From Monocercomonoides exilis PA203 (Eukaryota; Protista; Preaxostyla), in contig LSRY02000026.1 of the NCBI GenBank assembly GCA_001643675.2, positions 1,240,001 through 1,304,000 on the forward strand: 64,000 bases of DNA. The letters run 5' to 3'. Below, piece by piece: positions 18,778 to 31,499 of the stretch (position 1 is the first letter of the stretch; every line of letters begins with the position of its first letter). A program made the translations under genes and the position numbers. The notes below the pieces were generated by a model that was not told where the DNA came from, did not search any database, and saw only the letters and a program-made list of their open reading frames with translations.

Positions 18778-21700
18778 TTAATTGCAAACAGTTCTTTTCA
18801 AAGCGAGACATTTTGAGATAATTTTTCTCCATAAACAGAAAAAATAAAGATCTCCTTCGGATTGCATTTCTTTTTCTTTTCTTTTATCTCTCACTCTCTC
18901 TTTTTTTCTTCTCCTTTTTTTCTTCAGCGCCTTCTTTGGCCTTCTCTTCTTTTCAGTCTTTCGCTTCTTTCTTATGTTTCTCTTCTGGCTTTCCTTGCTT
19001 ATCTTTTTCTTTTCCATCATCTGGGCTATTTCCTAAAATTCCTTATCTTTTTTCTCTTCTCTCTTCCCTCTTCCTCTTCTCTTCATTTAATTTTTCTGTT
19101 TTCTCTTTCTCTCTCTCTTTTCCAGCCGCTCCACAAAATTTCCTTGATGCACCTCCAGAAGCATTAATAATGATGATATTGAGTGCAGATCCTGCCAAAA
19201 CGGCAGTTCAAGCCTCATTTCTTCTTTTTCACTTTCTCTCCCTGCCCCTCTTTCATCCCTTCTTCAATGGTTTCCATGAATCATCACAGAAGGAAGTGGT
19301 GCATGTGGTGTGCTCATCTGCACCTGGAAAATGAATAGTTCTGGTGGCAGAAGGCCAAGAAGAGTTTGTTGAAAATTTTATTGTTTTCTATTTTTGGAGA
19401 AAAGAAGGAAGAGATATTGTATCTTCGTTGGCAGGGCAGAGGAAGTGAATTTGCGCGATGAGAGCGGCTTGAATAGCTGAGATGTCACTCAGAAGATGAG
19501 ATAGTGAAATTGCATATTCTGAAATGAGTCAAAAAAATTCATGGATGAGAAAGAAGAAGAAGAAGAAGAAGAAAAGTGAAAACAACAAATATATAAGTTG
19601 TTTCATGAAAGCACAAAATTACTAATTAAAAAAATATATATTCTGACCCTTCAGTACAAATATATAAAATAAAAAGTTTCGAAAATCACACTAAACAACT
19701 CCAAAAAATGCTCATATGACAAGTCATACATATTTCACATTTCTGTTCATCTGTTTTTGCCATTTCTCCTCTTAAATCCAGCCATTATGAGAATTATGTG
19801 GAAACCGAAAAGTCAATCATATTTACAGAAAACTTTTGATGATGTTTATTCTAGATGACCTCAAATTTGAAGCATCAGCAGAAGAAAAAGGAGAAGAAGA
19901 AGATATTGGATATGCCTGAGAAGTTTTACTGTTCGGGGAGCTCATAAAATGTGGCAGCTTATCGTTCTGCACAAACTCTTTGCTCTTCTTGTTCTCCTTC
20001 TTCAAAATCCTCTTTTTCTCTTCTATGCGTCTCCTCAACTCTGATTTCTAATTCAACTTCTCAGTCATCTTCTCGCCTGTCTTTTCTCCTTCATTCAGCT
20101 TCCTCAGCTCCGCATGAAGTTTTGCCTTCTCCTTTTCTGTCTGCTCTTTCATGAACCTCTTCAACTTCCTTGTCACTTTTAATAACTCTCCAGTCCACTT
20201 TGCCATCTCCTGTTCTCCATATTTTATAGAATAGTATCAGGTACTGCTTCATAACAGACACAAGCTCGTCCAAGTAGGAGATTATCTCTTGAAAATTGAC
20301 AAGTTGAATTTTGTTGACCAAACTGGTTTTTTTCACTTGGAAGGAAAGAGGTTGCCTTGGCTGCTTATGGATGATATTGTAAATTGAAAAAGTGGATGGA
20401 AGCGAGGTTGGATGAGAAACAGGGTTTACTTATATGTCTTGTGGGCTGCTTGTACCGTTTGTGACTTCTGAGACACATCTGCAAAAGGATGAACTGTGAT
20501 AATAATTTTCGAAGTATTTGGCTTTTCTGATTTCTTTGCTTTCTCCTCCTCCTCTCTCTGCATAATCTCTTGTTTGTGCTCCTCAATCATCATTCTCCTC
20601 TTTTCTTTGTTGTTCCGTGCCAGCTTTTTCATTTGCTTCTCACAACGCTATTCCTCCCAGAATATTATCGTTAGCGACAACATTGATAACAAGTGAGTCA
20701 AATGCAACGTAAGTTTCGCCTTGGTAAGTGTAAAAATATTGTGCATTAACATAGGTTTATACATATAATGCTTCAGGTTCGTATCAATCTCCTTCTTCTC
20801 ATGCATCTGCTGCTTTTCGATCTTCAGCTTCTCCTCTCCATCATCCACAGACAGCCACAGTTAGAAAACAAGTTTCTTTTTTTTCCACTTCTTGTTATGT
20901 TTGCTTCCACGAAGCCACTTCGATTGCCTTGTCGTCTTCTCTCCTTTTGCCTTCTTTCCATTCGCTTTGCACGGATTGCAGTGCCCTCATCTCATTCTCT
21001 GCCTCGTGGTGTTGAAGCTCGATTTCTGAGTACTTCTTCTTTTCTCTTTCTCTTCCTTTCTCATTTAATATTTCTCCTGAGCAATTTCTCAACGCGCATT
21101 GTACTCATCTCACGTTGTTGATCTCTGTGAATGTCTTTCCTAACAATCTGACAGAGAAAATTTGAAAATCTTGACGAAAAAGAATTGACGCCTGCACCGT
21201 TATCGTATCGCTGATGCTGAAACATAAGATTATTTTCTTCTTTGGAATGGAGAGGAGGAGGAAAATAAAAGGAGGAGGAGGAGAGGAGGAGAAGAGGAAG
21301 GAGAAGGAGGAGAAGAAGAAGAAACCAGATTATTTGAGAATACAACTAAAGTTAGATCAGATGGAGAAGAAGAAGACATAAAATTTCATTATTGAAGTTG
21401 TCATTAGTGAACTTCACAAAGAAGTTGAACACTATCACTCGCAAAACGGGAACAAAGTTACTTTCCTTGAAAATATTAATATATAAATAACATTTATTCT
21501 TATCATCAAAAAAAGAAATTCAGATCACATATATGCAAAGAAAGAAAAAGAAAGAAAAATCTTTTTATGAATATTTGTGTAAATGCGCTCAAACAAAAAA
21601 ACGAAAGAAGGATGAATAAAGCTTAATCAGCTTCATGATAAATCGAAGCAATATGATGTCAATAACAAACTCCGTTATAAGATTCCCGCAGATATTTCTG

Positions 21701-22150
21701 TGATTTGAACATAACATTCAAAAGCCATGTTTTCAATTGGATGCTCATCTTTGGACTTTCCTTCGCTCTCTGAATTCTGTTCTTTTTTTCGGATTCTTTT
21801 TTCTCGGTTCCTTTCTTCGTTCATTTTCACTTCTTTCCTTATTAACAAACTATTTATCTTTTCATTCAAAATCTTCTTTGCAACTAAAAGTGAATTCCAA
21901 AAAATATTTTGGTTAATATTGAAGTGTAATTCATCTTTTAGGCAATATTTTGAATCTTTTTAAGCGTTTTTCCGTGCTTCAAAAACGCTTCGCAGGCATT
22001 TCAATTTTCTAAAAAGAAAGCGTTACAGCAAATTGTTCAAAAGTAACAGTTGCATTTATAAATCATTCACAATTGATCGTTCAATAGCATATTTCATTGT
22101 TGCAATGAAAACAAACTTTATGAATTCGCTTTTTGATCAATGTCAATAGA
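18778..22150 (-). pseudogene. Degraded multi-exon host-type gene of unknown function (Lys/Glu-rich)
   Basis: Chain of short same-strand coding-like ORFs (21675-21869, 20895-21092, 20648-20848, 20426-20632, 20091-20336, 19823-20038) broken by stops; no recognisable domain. Confidence 0.35.
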
Positions 22151-22490
22151 TAAATCATTGAATGATTTCTTCTCAATTTCAGTTAATACCAATATTATCG
22201 TAAATTCAAAGCTAAATCAACGAAAGTTCTGGTTTTTTTTTCAACGCATTTTAAATTACTAATCTTATCTACTTTGAAAATGTGTAGAAAACTTGTGAAT
22301 TATAATTCAATATTAATATAATACATTTCTTGATCTTTTTACTGAACAAAAATTATTAAAATATGAATAATTTAAATTGAAATAAATGTGATACATAATA
22401 ATAAAACATCAAATGCCGACATTTGAAAAACAGAAAAAAATAAAACTAATGAAAAATTAGAATTTCAATACTGAAACGAATTTATTAAAT

Positions 22491-22675
22491 GATTGTCTGC
22501 CCTGGGAGGCTGATTCTGGACCCAAAGCCTTCAAGGGACTGTGCCGGACCGGTCACAGCACAGTTCCAGGACGGAATCAGCCTAGCCCCATTTATTTCGC
22601 TCAATAGCGAAAATTGAGGTACCAGGAAGCATTTGTTTAAAGCAAATACTTAATGGCTTGAGCAGCAGACGAATC
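22491..22675. ncRNA. Candidate structured RNA or DNA hairpin element downstream of the Sola-like transposase
   Basis: GC-rich island with nested stems gatt-gtctgc/gcagac-g-aatc, cctgg/ccagg, aggctgattc/gaatcagcct, gggactgtgc/gcacagttcc, ttcgct/agcgaa, aagcatttg/caaatactt. No convincing ORF. Confidence 0.4.
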
Positions 22676-22743
22676 AAAAAACGTCATTCGTTTCAATATA
22701 AAATTCAACAAAAGCAAAATTACTCATAAATAAAACCAGAACT

Positions 22744-25700
22744 TTAAAAACAAATTGTATCCAATTTTTTCCTATCATTTAATAGTTTTCTTGTAGCATT
22801 CCCTATTTCAAACATTTCTGTTTTGCGAGAATATTTTTTTGAGGATTTTATCATCCTTTCATCTCTTATGCTTTTTTCAAGGAAGTTCATTAACTCTTTT
22901 CCTCGGGAATCTTGTGGTGAACACACAGATCTGAAAATTTGATTACCTCGTTTCTCATAGAACAAATACGTCTTTATGGACTTCGCTTCAATTTTCCTCC
23001 ATCGTATTTTATTTCCAGAAGAGTGCCTGAGTTTATAAAGAAATGAAGAAAATAAAAACAAAATTTTCATAATTGTGTCACACTTGACAAAATATCGCGT
23101 TGTCTTTTGATAACTATCCGAGTTGTTATGGTGGGAATCATATGAGTCATCTGTATGGTCTTTCAGAAATTTTATAAGTTCATCAATATTATTAAGTGAA
23201 GGTCCATTGGACAAGTTATTTTTAACACAGTTTGTCAGATTCCCGAATTCTCCGTCACATTCACTTTTTCCATGTTTACACAGAAAAATGAAAGAGTTGT
23301 TCGTTTGCCTCTGACGGGAGAAGAGTTATCAGAAAGGAGAAAATGCATAAGCTGGGAATTCCGAAAGTGTGGCCCTGTATCACATATAAAATGAAGAGTT
23401 TGCTTGTCTTTAACGATTTCATCTTCCAAAACTTGTTTCAGACATTCAATGGTGAAACGGTAGTCGTGAGATAGAGCGTTTGAGAAGAAGTTAAAAATGT
23501 GCTTTTCTTTGTCTCCTTTCTTGTTAACAATGTAAACAATTACACAAAAATGTGTGATTTCCTCTTTTTCGTAATAATCTCGGCTAATTTGGTTTTTGCA
23601 AATAGGAAGCGTCCAATTCTCTTTAAAGTCGAACAAAACCAACGCTTCCGAAAATGAAATGTTCTTTTTGATTTGATGGAAGTGCTGACGTTGATTTGAC
23701 GCCAGAAAACGATGCTTTTCAATAAGTCTTATTGTTTGTTGCTCTTGATCGTTCAATGTTTGTGATTTTGTTTTAAGATATTCTTCTTTTTTCTTCAGAT
23801 GATTGAACAATTCACATAAGTTGCACAAGTCAGTTCGCCTGGAAGCCCTTTTAAGGTGTTTTGTCTTTTTGTAGAAAGAACTTTTTGACATTTTAATATT
23901 CGTAGTTTCCATTAACTTTCTGAATAGCTGCGCTTTTGTTGTATTGATGATACGAACTTTTTGTTTTTTAATATGTGAATAAGAATTGTTTGGAGAACCA
24001 TGAAAGAATGGATTATTGACGTTTGCATTTTGTAAATCTTGATGTCGATAATTGTGAAGGGTTGAAAAGTTTTGATTAGGATTTGTTGATCTGTTTTTTG
24101 TTTCACTCAATTGGCTGGATGAAATCATTTCTGGAAAGAGAGATTGTTTTCCATTTGGTTTTGTAGATGCGGTTGAATTATGAATGAGATGATTATTAAT
24201 TGTTGTATTATTTGTTTCACAGTCTTTTGAGTTCGTTTGATAATTGCAATTAGAAGAAAATTCGTTAGAAAAAGGAAGAAATGAAGTGTCTATTTCAGAT
24301 GTTATAGAACATCCGGAAGGTCGATTTGACAAATCAAATAAGGTCGATTTTTTGTGGTGATTTTCTGACGAAGAATGAACATTAGTAATTTCATCATCAT
24401 ATATTATTGAAGGTGAAGTGGAATGATGTGGATTTGTTGTATTAGGATGAAGTGAATAAGAAGGATCTTGTAATAAACCATCACAATTAATGCAAACCGA
24501 ACGAACATTTGTTTTCCTCTGATTCACTAGTGAAATATTATTTGAAAACGAACATTTTTGATGTGATAGTCCCAATTGAAACAAATTTGGTGAAGAAATA
24601 TCGGAAACAGGAATGCATCCATGATTCTCCTGAGAGTAAACAATCATAAACGGAATTGAACCTTTGTTTATGTGAGAGTTTGTTTCTGTTGAAATTTCAT
24701 TATTGATGAAGGATATTTCTCCGTCGTCACAAATATACCAGCTATCTTTGGATGATGTACATTTTGGCGATGGGTATCTGCTTCTACACATTGAATAAAA
24801 ATGACCGCTTTCTTTTGATCCTTGATGAAAAAGCAAGGCCACCAAACTGTAATTGTGGAAATTCTCTGTATAAAAAGGATAAGAAATCATCGTTCCTTTT
24901 GATTCAGAAAACGAGATTGCGGAGGGAATATTAAATATTCTCTTTTGGTTTTTAATGTCGGATTCGAGAGTGAATGTTAAGATGTGAGGGAATAGATAAA
25001 TCTTCATCGTTGAATATTGATTAGTAATTTTCTGACATTGGAAGCAGAAAGATTCTCTGTTGTTGGTATTTGTTTCGCTTGTCCTGAATGATTTGTTTAA
25101 CTCAGAAATGACATCTCTCCCATGAAGTCGAATTAATGGGGTGGATTCAATCATTCCTAATTCCAACCTCCCGCATCCGTTGCACTTTCTGGGGTAGCAG
25201 ATTTTAGCTGACATTTTATTTGCAATCATTGGAGTTATAGATGAAAGATCGCTAAACAAATTTGAAAATGTCTCATAGCATTCACCTTGTTCACCGTTTT
25301 TGAGTCCATGTCTTTTTTCCCAGTTTCTTACGAAAGGCAAGGACCAAGATTGTGGGACATTATCGTTGTTTATGTTAACTGAAAAATCCAATGGTTGAAC
25401 AATGTCCAGCAAACGATGCAAATAGTGTGAAATCTTCCCTTTTCGAGTTCAAAATCGTTCTGAGTGCAAATAAATAGAACGGAACACTTGTAGCATTGCA
25501 GCGAGATAACAAGTGTTTCCCATGTTTGGTAATGGATAATAAGTTTTGTTTTCTCTCTGTGTTCTAGTTTGTGCAGCGTGCTGATGATTCTGTGAACAGC
25601 ATTCGATGATTGAGCTGCAAGAATAAATTGAGCCTTGACTATTCTTTATTGAATTTTCACTGGTTTCGTTGGAATAATGCAGTTCTTCATTTTTTTCAAT

Positions 25701-28585
25701 CTCCATGGTTTCTCCATTATTGCTTTGCGATGCTAATTCTGATAAATCCAAATTTATTTCCGGTTCGAAACAGCTTTCTTCATCCATTTCACATTGAACG
25801 TCCAAAAGCGAAATTTCATCATCTATTTCCATGTGAATGTGTTCATTGTTTTTTGAATTGTTTGATTCTTCTGCTATCTGCAAATATTCGCTTCTTGTGT
25901 TGTTTTCTGTGAAATAATGATAAAGAGGATCTTCATCTTCTTCCATTTCTTCGCTGCAATTTATGACTTTGAAATCATCATCTATTTCCATTGAAGATTC
26001 TGAAAGTGATAATTCTTCAACACTTTTAATTTAAGAACCCATTTAAAAGACAAACTGTTATTCTGTTGTGACAACTTACAAATGCATTTCGATGATTCGG
26101 TTGAATTTTCATTTATGAAATCAGTGAAAACTTTTTCATCTTCTGGGCTTATCTCTATTAAAATGTTAATGAATGACAAAGAACAAATTAAAGATGAACA
26201 GTTTCACATTTTTTCCAATAAAGAATTAGATCAAACTTCGTTTTGATGGGGGAAGAGCAGCCTTTTTTGGAGTTCGAAAATCAAACGACGTGTACGAGCT
26301 ATTGTCCTTTGCGTGATAATAGCTTCCATGAGAGCATTCAAAGCCCAAATTGATCAATTGCGAGAGGGCATATTCCTGGCAAACACATTTTAAAAGCGTC
26401 ACTTTTGTATGTGGATTTTCTTCTCTATTATACGCAGATGCTAATCGTAAAATTATATATAGATTTCTATCTTCAGTAATCAAAAGTTTAAAAAAGTTTG
26501 ATTAATATAAATACAAATACGAAAAATAAAAACTTACCGGCAAGTTCCAAGTATATGGACCATCGATAAAAAAATTTTTATATATTTATAACGAAATAAA
26601 ATGGAATATTAATTTATTTAAAATTAGTTATTTTTGTCGAAAAAGTGTTTTTTAACTTTCCATTTTTCTTTTGATCTGTCCCATAACATTTTCTTGTTTT
26701 TAACAGGTTTGAAATATTTGTTTATTTTACGAAATAAACCATCTTCGAACTTATATGTTGTTATAATATAATTAGAATCGATCATACTTATTATTGCTCA
26801 TTCTATGGAAGCGAGTATCTGTTCTGCTTGAAAATTGCTCTATTCAGATACGTCGAGCAGCTTTGGTTAATAGCAGAGAAATATGCAACAGTCGCATTTA
26901 TTCCTTGAGAAACGCAACAGAAAGGAGAGTTGTGAAACCTGATGGCTTGTTGAAATGAATAGTTGTTGGTGCTGTTTTGAATGAGATTCATAAATCAACA
27001 TTGGATGAAAGAATGATTTATAATGGCTTATAAAGCTTTTTGAATGTTTCGGAATGACAGAAAAAAAGGCAGAAGAATAAAATGAAGAAGAGTAAAGAAA
27101 ATTTTTGAAAAAGAAAAGTGTTTGATAAGATGGAAGAAGAAAGATATGATGATGTCATCCTTAGCTTTCAAGAAAAATATGATTTTACAAAGGAAAAATA
27201 TTATTTTGACGATGAATTATCGTTGAATATTTTTGATAATTTTGTGAATACTAAAAAATTTGAAATGAATAACAGCTTTGAAACCCAATTATAAGAAGAA
27301 TTGCAAAATAACGAACCAGTTTTTGATATCCTCTATTATTTTGTGTTGCCAATTTCAGATTTGAAAGCCCAGAAGTTTATTATTTTTTTGGTTTCATATA
27401 TATTGGATAATATTTTAAAAAATGTGTGATTTTTTTCTTTTTGCAACATACGTTGAAAAATTAAACTGGCTTTATTTTTTTCCTATTTATCATTTATACT
27501 TCTAATTTCAGATAATATTCTTCTTAATAAATGTTCATTTTCCTTGAAAATTTTTGATATCTCTTGAGAAAACACTTTCATCCACTTTTCAAGTCATAAC
27601 TTTATTTTATTTCTTGAGTGAATGAGCGTTTCAAACAAAAAAATAATAAAATGAAAATTCAAAAAGATGAAGTGAATGTTTTTGCAGATCAATTATTAAT
27701 ATTCAAAATGATCTGAATAATACTCAAACAAACAAAAATTGCCAAATTCAAAGTGACTAATATAATGGCCTAGCCTAATAACATTATCATCATATCCTTC
27801 TTCTTCCATCTTATCAAACACTTTTCTTTTTCAAAAATTTTCTTTACTCTTCTTCATTTTATTCTTCTGCCTTTTTTTCTGTCATTCCGAAACATTCAAA
27901 AAGCTTTATAAGCCATTATAAATCATTCTTTCATCCAATGTTGATTTATGAATCTCATTCAAAACAGCACCAACAACTATTCATTTCAACAAGCCATCAG
28001 GTTTCACAACTCTCCTTTCTGTTGCGTTTCTCAAGGAATAAATGCGACTGTTGCATATTTCTCTGCTATTAACCAAAGCTGCTCGACGTATCTGAATAGA
28101 GCAATTTTCAAGCAGAACAGATACTCGCTTCCATAGAATGAGCAATAATAAGTATGATCGATTCTAATTATATTATAACAACATATAAGTTCGAAGATGG
28201 TTTATTTCGTAAAATAAACAAATATTTCAAACCTGTTAAAAACAAGAAAATGTTATGGGACAGATCAAAAGAAAAATGGAAAGTTAAAAAACACTTTTTC
28301 GACAAAAATAACTAATTTTAAATAAATTAATATTCCATTTTATTTCGTTATAAATATATAAAAATTTTTTTATCGATGGTCCATATACTTGGAACTTGCC
28401 AACTTACCGTTTATTATTTTTTGAATCTGGGGAAATATTTTTTTACCCGTATTTGTATGGAAAAACATGTACTTCAGCATTTTCACACAATCATTTGCAG
28501 ATTTGTTTGATAGATACTCCCAAACATCTCTGCATCTTTCGCTTTTCCTCGAGTTTGATAAAAGAGAAAACTTGATTCGTTCCAT
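22744..28585 (-). pseudogene. Sola2-like DDD transposase gene with embedded USP (peptidase C19) deubiquitinase domain; spliced, disrupted
   Basis: Exon 1 (28585-28408) splices in frame to 26470 (..IQKIIN-D-RNLYIILRL). USP Cys box LPNMGNTCYLAAMLQ and His box YSLVALLFHQGSKESGHFYS..WYICDDG. Transposase SKSSFYK..RRTDLCNLC, FDFKENWTLP..QISRDYY, HFICDTGPHFRN, and after a frameshift near 23280 HGKSECDGEFG. One in-frame TGA at 25449-25451. Confidence 0.75.
26539..28400. mobile_element. Non-autonomous foldback element with ~615-bp TIRs (GGCAAGTTCC...) and 8-bp TSD AACTTACC; Merlin-like termini
   Basis: 26539-27153 is the near-perfect reverse complement of 27786-28400; the identical 62-aa ORFs at 26803(-) and 27948(+) reflect this. 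AACTTACC lies at 26531-26538 and 28401-28408. Confidence 0.92.
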
Positions 28586-28843
28586 GATTCAACAAAAAAT
28601 AGTTTATTCTTTGTGATAACAAAGTTCCACAAATGGGATGATCTGCGAAATCTTTTGTTGTTGATAATTTTAACTTTTAAAAACTAACATCAATGCGTGG
28701 AAAATGAATAAAGAGCACATGTATTTTTTGAATTGATGGATATTGAACACTTTTCAAATTTCAAGTATTAGATTTTATTTAGCGTTTTCACTGAGAATTT
28801 TCTTAATTATTAGTTTATCCTGACAAATATTCATTGAACGAAA

Positions 28844-28868
28844 GGGGGGGGGGGGGGGGGGGGGGGGG
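28844..28868 (+). repeat. G25 homopolymer
   Basis: Directly visible; ~260 bp upstream of Sola-like exon 1. Confidence 0.9.
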
Positions 28869-31499
28869 AAATGTGTTTCTGCAGAACGGAAGCTTGCACC
28901 GATACAACTTTTGAATGAAACCAGGTTTGGCTGCTTTAAACGATTTTTATTTAAAGCAATACAAATTTTCACAAATTCTCCTTTTTATTCCCTTTTGTGT
29001 CATTTCAATTCAACAAAAGTGAATTGCAGAGATTCCAATTTAAAAAGCAACAATAATAGAAAAAAATATTGGCTCTTGAAAAAGATGTGCTTTTATTTAA
29101 CGATGTTCGACAAATAGATCACATGAATATATTTGCTCAATCAATTGTAGAAAATACATCCAATGTTTTCTTATCAATCCACTGTTTTCCGGTACATTCA
29201 AATTCATTTGTTTGCTCCTTTATGATTTTCTCTCCTTTGAATAAGTGCTTATTTATAAGGCATCTGCAACCAGACATCCTCTAAGTTAAAAATTTCATTA
29301 GGCTTTAGAGAGAATATTCGAAAAACCATCCAGAGCAAACAAATTTTTATTACATGTAGTCCACTCAGTGAGAGCAATGCTGAATGAGAGATTACTAAAC
29401 AGATTAGAATGAATATTTGAGGAAGCAACGTGCCTAGAAGCAGTTGTGCAGATGATAAAAAGCAAGAGATATCAAAACTTGATGAATGACATTATATGAC
29501 TCCAACGAGCGCAGCTGAAGCAGTTAGGGAAGAACAATGAGGAAGGAAGAGAAAGAGATAATTGCAGCGAGGGATAAGAGGAAGAAGAGTAAAAAAAAGG
29601 AAATAAAAGAATTGAAGTTATATACTGAGATGAAAAGTCGAACAAAGTTGCTGAACATATATCGGAATATGGAAGAATTGAAAGTTTTGTCGAGTATTCA
29701 CAAGAATATAATGAAAAAGTTTTGATACTGTCTATTTATCTGTTTTAGAAATGCTTTTAAGGGAAAGTTGAAGAAGATGTGATGGTAGAAGAAAACAAAG
29801 AAAAAATAGAGAAAAATAGGAAGAAAAAGAAGCGATTAAACCGATAAATGAAACAGCAACGCATAAAAAAGTTCGTTCAAATGAAAGTGGTGAACAGCAA
29901 AGCCAATGAGAATGATCGAGAAGATCTGGATACATCGCAATCCATCAATTTCTTGATCTGATAATAACATCGACTTTTTCTATTATAAACATATGCTTTT
30001 ATTAATGAAACTTTGGATTCATTCCTGTCGAATTTTTGGTAGTTTTCGCATGAAACAAGCGAAAATACAAGTTATTCTCATTTATCATCATCGTCAACAA
30101 TTGGCTCATTGCCTTATCATTACTCTTCGCCAAGCAACATGAATGCACGAAATTCTTCGTTCACTTCTTTTTCTCCTTCTCCTTCTCCTCCTTCATCATC
30201 ATCATCATCATCTTCTTCTTCTTATCAGCATTCTTCATCAACCATTTCACTCAACTCACATTTTCCTTCATCAAAATTCATTTTTCTTTCACAATTATCG
30301 AAAAAATACTTTTATCTCCTTTCATATCGCAACCTCATCTTCAAACAAACTTGTTTCTTCCTTAGCCAATATTGCTCAATTGCGGAGCTTCAGCAGATAA
30401 TTTTTTCACAACTCTTCCACAATCGCGCTCCTCTTTCATCTTCCATTCGACTATCTTTCATTTCCGAGCTTCAGCTTCCTTTCAACTTTCAATCAACAGT
30501 CTATCTGTTTCAAAATAATCATTCTAAAATGGCTGCGCCAACTTCAAAATATTTATTCAACCTCAAAGGGTTCTGTGAAGCATTGTGTTTACAGTTGGAA
30601 TTGCTCTCAATTTGTGATTAGAGTTTTGGAGCAAGAATTTGGTTTATTCTTGTTTACTGATTTTTTTAATTGTTCTTTTCAAACTTATTGAATTTTTGGA
30701 AATGTTAAATATAAAAATAGTCACAAAAAAATAAGTTTCTACGTTGATTTATGATCTTTTGGTTGCATTTTTAAAAATACAATAATAACAAATAAACAAT
30801 TGAAAAGAGAAATTCACAAAAGTCACTAATTACAAATATAAACGACCATTTTAACAAAGGAAATGGCATATGCATGAGTAGTCAATTTGGTTGTTTACAC
30901 TTTACACTTCTCGAAAGAACTGAAGAAATCTGATATACATTTACAAACTTTATTGATGTTTACACAGTCAAATACAAACATTCTGTTATATCTCCTTTTA
31001 TTTTGCAATCAATATAAACCGAATTTTTTGAATATTAACAATTCAAAGTTCGATGTCATGCAATCTACAACGATATTTCAAAAAAAGAAAAGAAAAAGAA
31101 AAAGAAAAAGAAAAAGAAAAAGAAAAAGAAAAAGAAAAAGAAAGAAAAAGGAAAACACAACGAAGTTTCATCATTTTGAGGTGAATGACTTCATCAACTG
31201 TTGAAACTTTCTGATGCGAAAATTGAAGAAACCAAAGTGAAGCTTGTTTGTCAACTTTTAAAAAATTATCTCACATCTCTTTCACATTTTTATTTCAGGA
31301 AAACAGCACAGCATGATTCTTGTCGTTCTAATTTTTTTGTCTTCGTCTTATTCAACTGAAGCAGAACATAGATCTTCTTCTCCATTCAGGAGGCAGAGCA
31401 GCGAAGAGAAGAAAGCGGAAGGAGATGACAAGAAATTATCATCTTCATCTTTGCCTGCAATTAACTCTTCGCATGCGTCGGCGGTTTAGTCGTCATACA

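Noticed and set aside
26803-28136. Two identical 62-aa ORFs on opposite strands
   Set aside because: A by-product of the foldback TIRs; no recognisable domain.
29300-30621. Lys/Glu-rich and Ser-rich ORF fragments
   Set aside because: Multiple stops and no recognisable domain; cannot be assigned.
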